Shown here in pieces: positions 60,501 to 64,000 of a DNA stretch of 64,000 bases; the first letter of the stretch is position 1; every line of letters starts with the position of its first letter. A program made the translations under genes and the position numbers. The notes below the pieces were generated by a model. That model did not search any database. It was not told where the DNA came from and saw nothing but the letters and a program-made list of their open reading frames with translations. The DNA comes from Octopus bimaculoides (Eukaryota): the NCBI RefSeq assembly GCF_001194135.2, contig NC_068982.1:124116368-124180367 (forward strand), written 5' to 3'.

Positions 60501-63103
60501 GAACAGTGAGAATCAAAACAATGACTTGCATATTTATTCTTGATATGTTCCAGCAGATTTAAACGTGAATATGCTGATTGCTGTTGTGTTTATCACAGGA
60601 AAACAATTTTTCCTTTATGATAACTATGTGTTTATAACGGTGCTATGTCTTTTCGTCTGACATTACTTCGTCAAACGTCTTTTCATCCATGTCTTTTTGT
60701 CCAATAATTTTTTTGTCCAACGACAAATCCTATCAATAAAATTCTCAAAGATTATTTGATTTTGATGTTTACCTTGTTTTCTAAAGAGTTTATTGAAAAT
60801 TGGACAGAAAGTCATTGGACAAAAGAATCATCAGACAAAAAGACGTTGGATAAAGGGACACCGGATGAAAAGTCGGGTCATGGTTTATAACATATTTGAT
60901 TTGTTAGTACAAGGGGTTCTGGGACATGAAGTGTCTCGACATCTTTGTGTCTTATCAACCAGAATCACCCTTGGACGAATGAATCTAACAGGAGCTGATG
61001 TATATATATATTTTCCTTTTGCTTGCTAAATTAAGTAAATATATTCCTTATCTTATCTGTATTGTTTGGTACATACAGGAAAAGGTTGAGCTAAGAAATG
61101 ATAACTTGTTATGTTTTTTATTTAAATGGCTGTGGGTTTATTTTTAACCTTCCAGGGAGAATATGGGCTTGCTGAAGCTGTGAACGAAATCAAAGAATTG
61201 AAAAACCGATTGATAACTCACCAAAGGTTGATAAATTTTGAAAATCAGTTTTAATAATTTAATAAAAAAATTGTTTCTTTCTAATGGGTCCATTTTTTTA
61301 CTGCTTTTGTCTTCTAAATTTATCATCTTTAGAATACATTCTCCCTTCTTTTTTGCTTTAAGTTGAAATTATTCTAACTTGCATTACATCAAAGATATAT
61401 CTGTGATATCCTCAAGAACATCTAGGATGTTCTCAAGGTTATTATCAAACTATTTAACCCACATATGGGCATGACTTTACAATATGATAGTTTTCCAAAT
61501 TATTTAGTTATCATAAACGTTTTTATCATTTCAATATTTTACATTCATCACATTTGCTTTAGTCTCAAAGTAATTCTCTTTAGTAATGTTAATTTTGGGA
61601 GTACTTCTTTTTCCTTAATCTGCATTAGTTAATTTTCTCTACAATCTTTATTACTGACTTTTCTATTTAACACAAATAGCACTAATCTCATTCTTTTACT
61701 CCTGCTTTATGTACATGCCATGTTGATATGCATGCCATGTTTCTGGAACATAACTTCCTTTAGGGATCAATAAAAAAAAAAGAAAAAAAAAAGAAAGAAA
61801 CAAGACAATTTTAACTTTGATATAATTTTTCCTTTATTTTGTTGAAAAATATTTTTTAAAAGTATTTCACAATGACATTTTTTTTTTGGATGGCCTCAAT
61901 TTTTTTCAGAGACATTGAAGACTTTGTGAAGCTTATTAACAAAAGTGAGGCAACCATGAGTGAATTAACAGAAGAAAATGAAGTACTTCGATCAAAACTC
62001 GGCATGGACCCTAGAAAACCAATAGATATTAAAGATTTTCATTCTGATATTACCATCAAAAAAGAAGAACAACGTGCATTGAATATTGTCCTTCAGAAAG
62101 AGGTTAGTTGATGATTGATAGAATATTGCTATGTGATTTTAGATTAAGCTTTGATTAACTGGAAATGAATTGACATAATTAGTTCTCAGGTATGATATTA
62201 AATTGATAAACCACATAGCTTATGATATGAGAAAAGGTTGAGGTAATATTTGATGGTAACCAGTAAACTAACATTTTAGCTTTCTAGAAAGTCTCTGACA
62301 CATTACATCTTCCATTTTTTCTTTACAAGAATGAATAGTATTGAGTTATTTTATCAATCAAGGAGATGTGACTGAGGACTGGCAAACCAGAAGGCTGCAC
62401 CAGGCTTCAATCTGATCTGGCAGTTTCTACAGCTGGATGCCCTTCCTAACACCAACCACTCCGAGAGTGTCGTTTGTACTTTTACGTGCCACCAGCACGA
62501 GGGCCAGTCAGGCAGTACTGGCAATGGCCACACTCAAAATGGTGTTTTTTTTACATGCCACCTGCACAGGAGCCAGTCCAGCGGCACTGGCAACGACTTA
62601 GCTCAAATGTTTTTTCATTTGCCACCGGCGCAAGTGCCAGTAAGGCGACGTTGGTAATGATCACATACAAATGGTGCTATTTACATGTGACTGGCACGGA
62701 AGCCAGGCAGCTGCTCTGGCAATGATCATGCTCAGATGGTGAGGTGTGAAAAGTCTATTTGTTGAGTTATAACGATACAAATATGTAAGCATTGTTAAAT
62801 GGCTTATAATATAGCAGTAAATATATAATGAAGCATAAACAGAAGAGACATGGGTTCAATTCCCACTATTCTCTTACTTTTTATTTACTTTCACATTTGA
62901 TGTTTGTATCTGTATAAAATACTTTGATTAAGTAATTAAACAAATGAACATACACATCTACACTTATATATTCATGCTTATGGTAAAAGGATACATGGAC
63001 ACTCAACTACTCAGTAAAATATTTTTCAGATTGAACGTCTTGAAGAAGAAAGGATTTTATTAAAGCAAAACTTACGGAAACTTGCTCAGCAAACAGGACA
63101 AAG
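43164..63103 (+). CDS. CEP290: Centrosomal protein of 290 kDa, 5' portion (16 coding exons; gene runs off the right end of the window)
   Basis: Exons: 43164-43253, 44790-44931, 46813-46868, 47999-48148, 51168-51221, 51656-51808, 52642-52755, 53630-53698, 55429-55518, 56427-56549, 57593-57710, 59534-59631, 60373-60444, 61156-61226, 61910-62102, 63030-63103. All are AG/GT bounded and phase-compatible. The coiled-coil protein has CEP290 landmarks: MAPMNWNIIMK, VMLAVNEKVNEW, LDADRASLVAL, EKDKLLVDALERMRQYESGEYGLAEAVNEIK, IERLEEER. Confidence 0.93.
44156..44224. repeat. (ATT)n microsatellite
   Basis: Seen directly; produces the spurious poly-Asn ORF. Confidence 0.95.
44790..44931 (+). CDS. CEP290: CEP290 coding exon 2
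   Basis: ttttgcag|; FDHNKETEIDRLKKLFEVTRELILLKNDQLEEV...KKEAKR; donor GTATCT, phase 1. Confidence 0.85.
45440..45830 (-). mobile_element. Degenerate piggyBac-like transposase C-terminal fragment
   Basis: Minus-strand translation includes MIVQVSNAWILH and a decayed Cys-rich tail (KCEQ...DVCIHHLC). Many stops. Confidence 0.35.
46813..46868 (+). CDS. CEP290: CEP290 coding exon 3
   Basis: ttttcacag|; (E)QKLQAKIKELELLSSNLK; GTAACT; 56 nt restores phase 0. Confidence 0.85.
47999..48148 (+). CDS. CEP290: CEP290 coding exon 4
   Basis: tctttcag|; KSGIDG...TRYLQEEI...DDEKRASER; 150 nt; GTATAA. Confidence 0.88.
48308..48706 (+). mobile_element. tRNA-derived SINE (family with CACCTTGGGCAAGTGTCTTCTACTATAGCC core)
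   Basis: A-box-like TGGCTGTGTGG, B-box-like GGTTCAGTCCC, conserved core, (TG)n, GAGTAAAA tail. Other copies lie at 1-79 (-), 760-1140 (-), 17580-17790 (-), 30250-30420 (+) and 38140-38280 (+). Confidence 0.85.
49454..49677 (-). mobile_element. Meta-type SINE copy in antisense orientation
   Basis: The reverse complement aligns along its full length with 43810-44034. Confidence 0.85.
50300..50900 (-). mobile_element. Degenerate LINE (RTE-like) endonuclease-region fragment
   Basis: Minus-strand NPQIILPSVCAPTYNEQEQ resembles the APE-domain motif IISVYAPT..EE. Heavily decayed. Confidence 0.3.
51168..51221 (+). CDS. CEP290: CEP290 coding exon 5
   Basis: ctttcag|; YNSQIIDLDREKSVLRQE; 54 nt; GTAAGA. 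Confidence 0.88.
51656..51808 (+). CDS. CEP290: CEP290 coding exon 6
   Basis: cttctag|; NDQMRQDISDYKMQLQSQRD...EELQ; 153 nt. Confidence 0.9.
52642..52755 (+). CDS. CEP290: CEP290 coding exon 7
   Basis: tacacag|; NLTDANEELKEQVEKL...EDYLRLK; 114 nt; GTAATT. Confidence 0.9.
53630..53698 (+). CDS. CEP290: CEP290 coding exon 8
   Basis: tgtacag|; KIVDDGDNINDRLKEENIIMKSQ; 69 nt; GTTGGT. Confidence 0.85.
53854..54082. repeat. Two identical 57-bp hairpins (53854-53910 and 54026-54082)
   Basis: GTATAAGGGATGACCACTAGGTGGAC-ATCCA-GTCCACCTAATGGTCATCTCTTATAC; the second copy abuts the N-gap. Confidence 0.85.
54277..54460 (+). mobile_element. Penelope-like element GIY-YIG endonuclease C-terminal fragment
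   Basis: QIKIREYRKIAFGEHINICAINKQPSFRIFPLYKFRDE...SKESYF (frameshift) ISKYEPLLN resembles the PLE GIY-YIG C-terminus (EH..C...F.IFP.YK...E..FI.K..P.LN). Confidence 0.6.
55429..55518 (+). CDS. CEP290: CEP290 coding exon 9
   Basis: tttttcag|; LTDLMERLQVRSDSDDSVMLAVNEKVNEWR; 90 nt. Confidence 0.92.
56427..56549 (+). CDS. CEP290: CEP290 coding exon 10
   Basis: ttttacag|; KILTEKDQDII...LDADRASLVALTK; 123 nt. Confidence 0.92.
57593..57710 (+). CDS. CEP290: CEP290 coding exon 11
   Basis: actttag|; VVEERDQQIYDLTEEI...EDLKNDLSK; GTAAGC; phase 1. Confidence 0.92.
57837..58245. mobile_element. Degenerate hAT-like MITE in a CEP290 intron
   Basis: Left ..CACTGGATTAACCATTAAGC; right GGGTCTTAATCCAGCCCTG (reverse complement CAGGGCTGGATTAA). 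No clear TSD. Confidence 0.4.
59534..59631 (+). CDS. CEP290: CEP290 coding exon 12
   Basis: ctttgcag|; (K)PKDHLHKKLKELEIQM...EKLVKE; 98 nt. Confidence 0.85.
60373..60444 (+). CDS. CEP290: CEP290 coding exon 13
   Basis: ttctctag|; AENDALEKDKLLVDALERMRQYES; GTGAGT. Confidence 0.92.
60632..60890. mobile_element. Degenerate foldback MITE whose arms are built of about 15-bp subrepeats
   Basis: Left arm has repeated CTTTTYRTCC/TTTGTCCAA units; right arm has the complementary TTGGACARAA/GGATGAAAAG units. Flanked by TTATAA on both sides. Confidence 0.5.
61156..61226 (+). CDS. CEP290: CEP290 coding exon 14
   Basis: ccttccag|; GEYGLAEAVNEIKELKNRLITHQ; phase 2. Confidence 0.92.
61910..62102 (+). CDS. 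CEP290: CEP290 coding exon 15
   Basis: ttttcag|; (R)DIEDFVKLINK...ENEVLRSKLGMDP...LNIVLQKE; GTTAGT. Confidence 0.92.
63030..63103 (+). CDS. CEP290: CEP290 coding exon 16
   Basis: ttttcag|; IERLEEERILLKQNLRKLAQQTGQ; GTAGTG; phase 2. Confidence 0.9.
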
Positions 63104-64000
63104 GTAGTGAAAGTTCCATAATTTATTTGACTTTTTGGGGTAAACTGTGTTCATGAGTGAGTCTTAAATAGTAATGAAAATTGATTAACTAACTGAATTT
63201 ATAAGGTATCAAAGACTAGATAATTCTTACTTTACCACCAACACTATCCTGTTCCTGGTGAAGACACTTGATTTTCAGTAGCGCAATCCACTTAGAGATA
63301 CATTATTGCAAACCACAGGTACAAAGAAGGGTTTGAGAGCTGGCTGTATTGACAGTGATTCTTCCACTTCTTTGCGATAGGATATCCTGTTACATTGGCA
63401 TATTGTTGAAGTTTACTTTGACATTGTTTGTAACAGAGGAATAGGGCTATTTGAGGAGAAAGGGTTATAATTCAGAATTTTACCTTTAATGATTGTAGAT
63501 TTGATATTATTGAGAGAATAAATGACTTGTCTAAATTGTCAGTGTTTTAGTGTTTTAATCCACACTATGTCAATTATTTGAAGGACAAGCTATTATTTCC
63601 AAAATAGTTCATGATCACAATCCTTTATCAGAAATTCTGAAATCTGGAAGCATATAAAAATTCAGAAGTATTTTGAATGAAAGAAGTGTCAAGGATGGAA
63701 AATTCCAAAAAGTGCTCAGAGGGTTCCTTGGGTATGTATAGATGTTACAAGTAATGCATTGAATCATTAACTGTTGCGGGTGACCTCAACCACTTTGAGT
63801 TGGGCTTGTCCAGTCCAGTTAAGTTGGTGCCTATTTATTGTCAGCAGCTGTCATAGCAATACCTTTGTGCATACTTTGAAAATATCAAAAACAAGATTTC
63901 CCCATGGGTAATAGTGAAAAGATAAGAAGGAAGCATTTATGTTTATTGATATCACAGAAACTGAATTTGTTGGCAAAACTCTACAGTGGTGTTCAGGTGG

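Overview
AT-rich, repeat-dense eukaryotic DNA with five N-gaps. The repeat families ((GAT)n-tailed RTE 3' ends, tRNA-derived SINEs, CA/TA/ATT microsatellites) look like those of an octopus/coleoid cephalopod; this assignment is an inference. I reconstructed three + strand protein-coding genes by hand: RPL28 (4 coding exons, 12237-16259, 134 aa, probable TCT-motif promoter and non-coding first exon near 6931-6970), intronless RNF26 (24144-25370, 408 aa) and the 5' part of CEP290 (16 coding exons, 43164-63103, continuing past the window). Most short ORFs in the supplied track are spurious, arising from repeats or N-gaps. The accessory sequence includes an RTE LINE remnant encoding a PHD-type finger, a transposon nest at 17.85-21.5 kb (Chapaev3-like 5' part fused to an hAT 3' part, with a TATA-flanked insertion), Penelope and piggyBac fragments, and several palindromic MITE or foldback elements. 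The most unusual element is a near-perfect foldback enclosing a tRNA-like core upstream of RPL28. I found no CRISPR array, rRNA or intact tRNA gene, and no clearly new multi-gene system. The leads concern transposon architecture and RNA structure.
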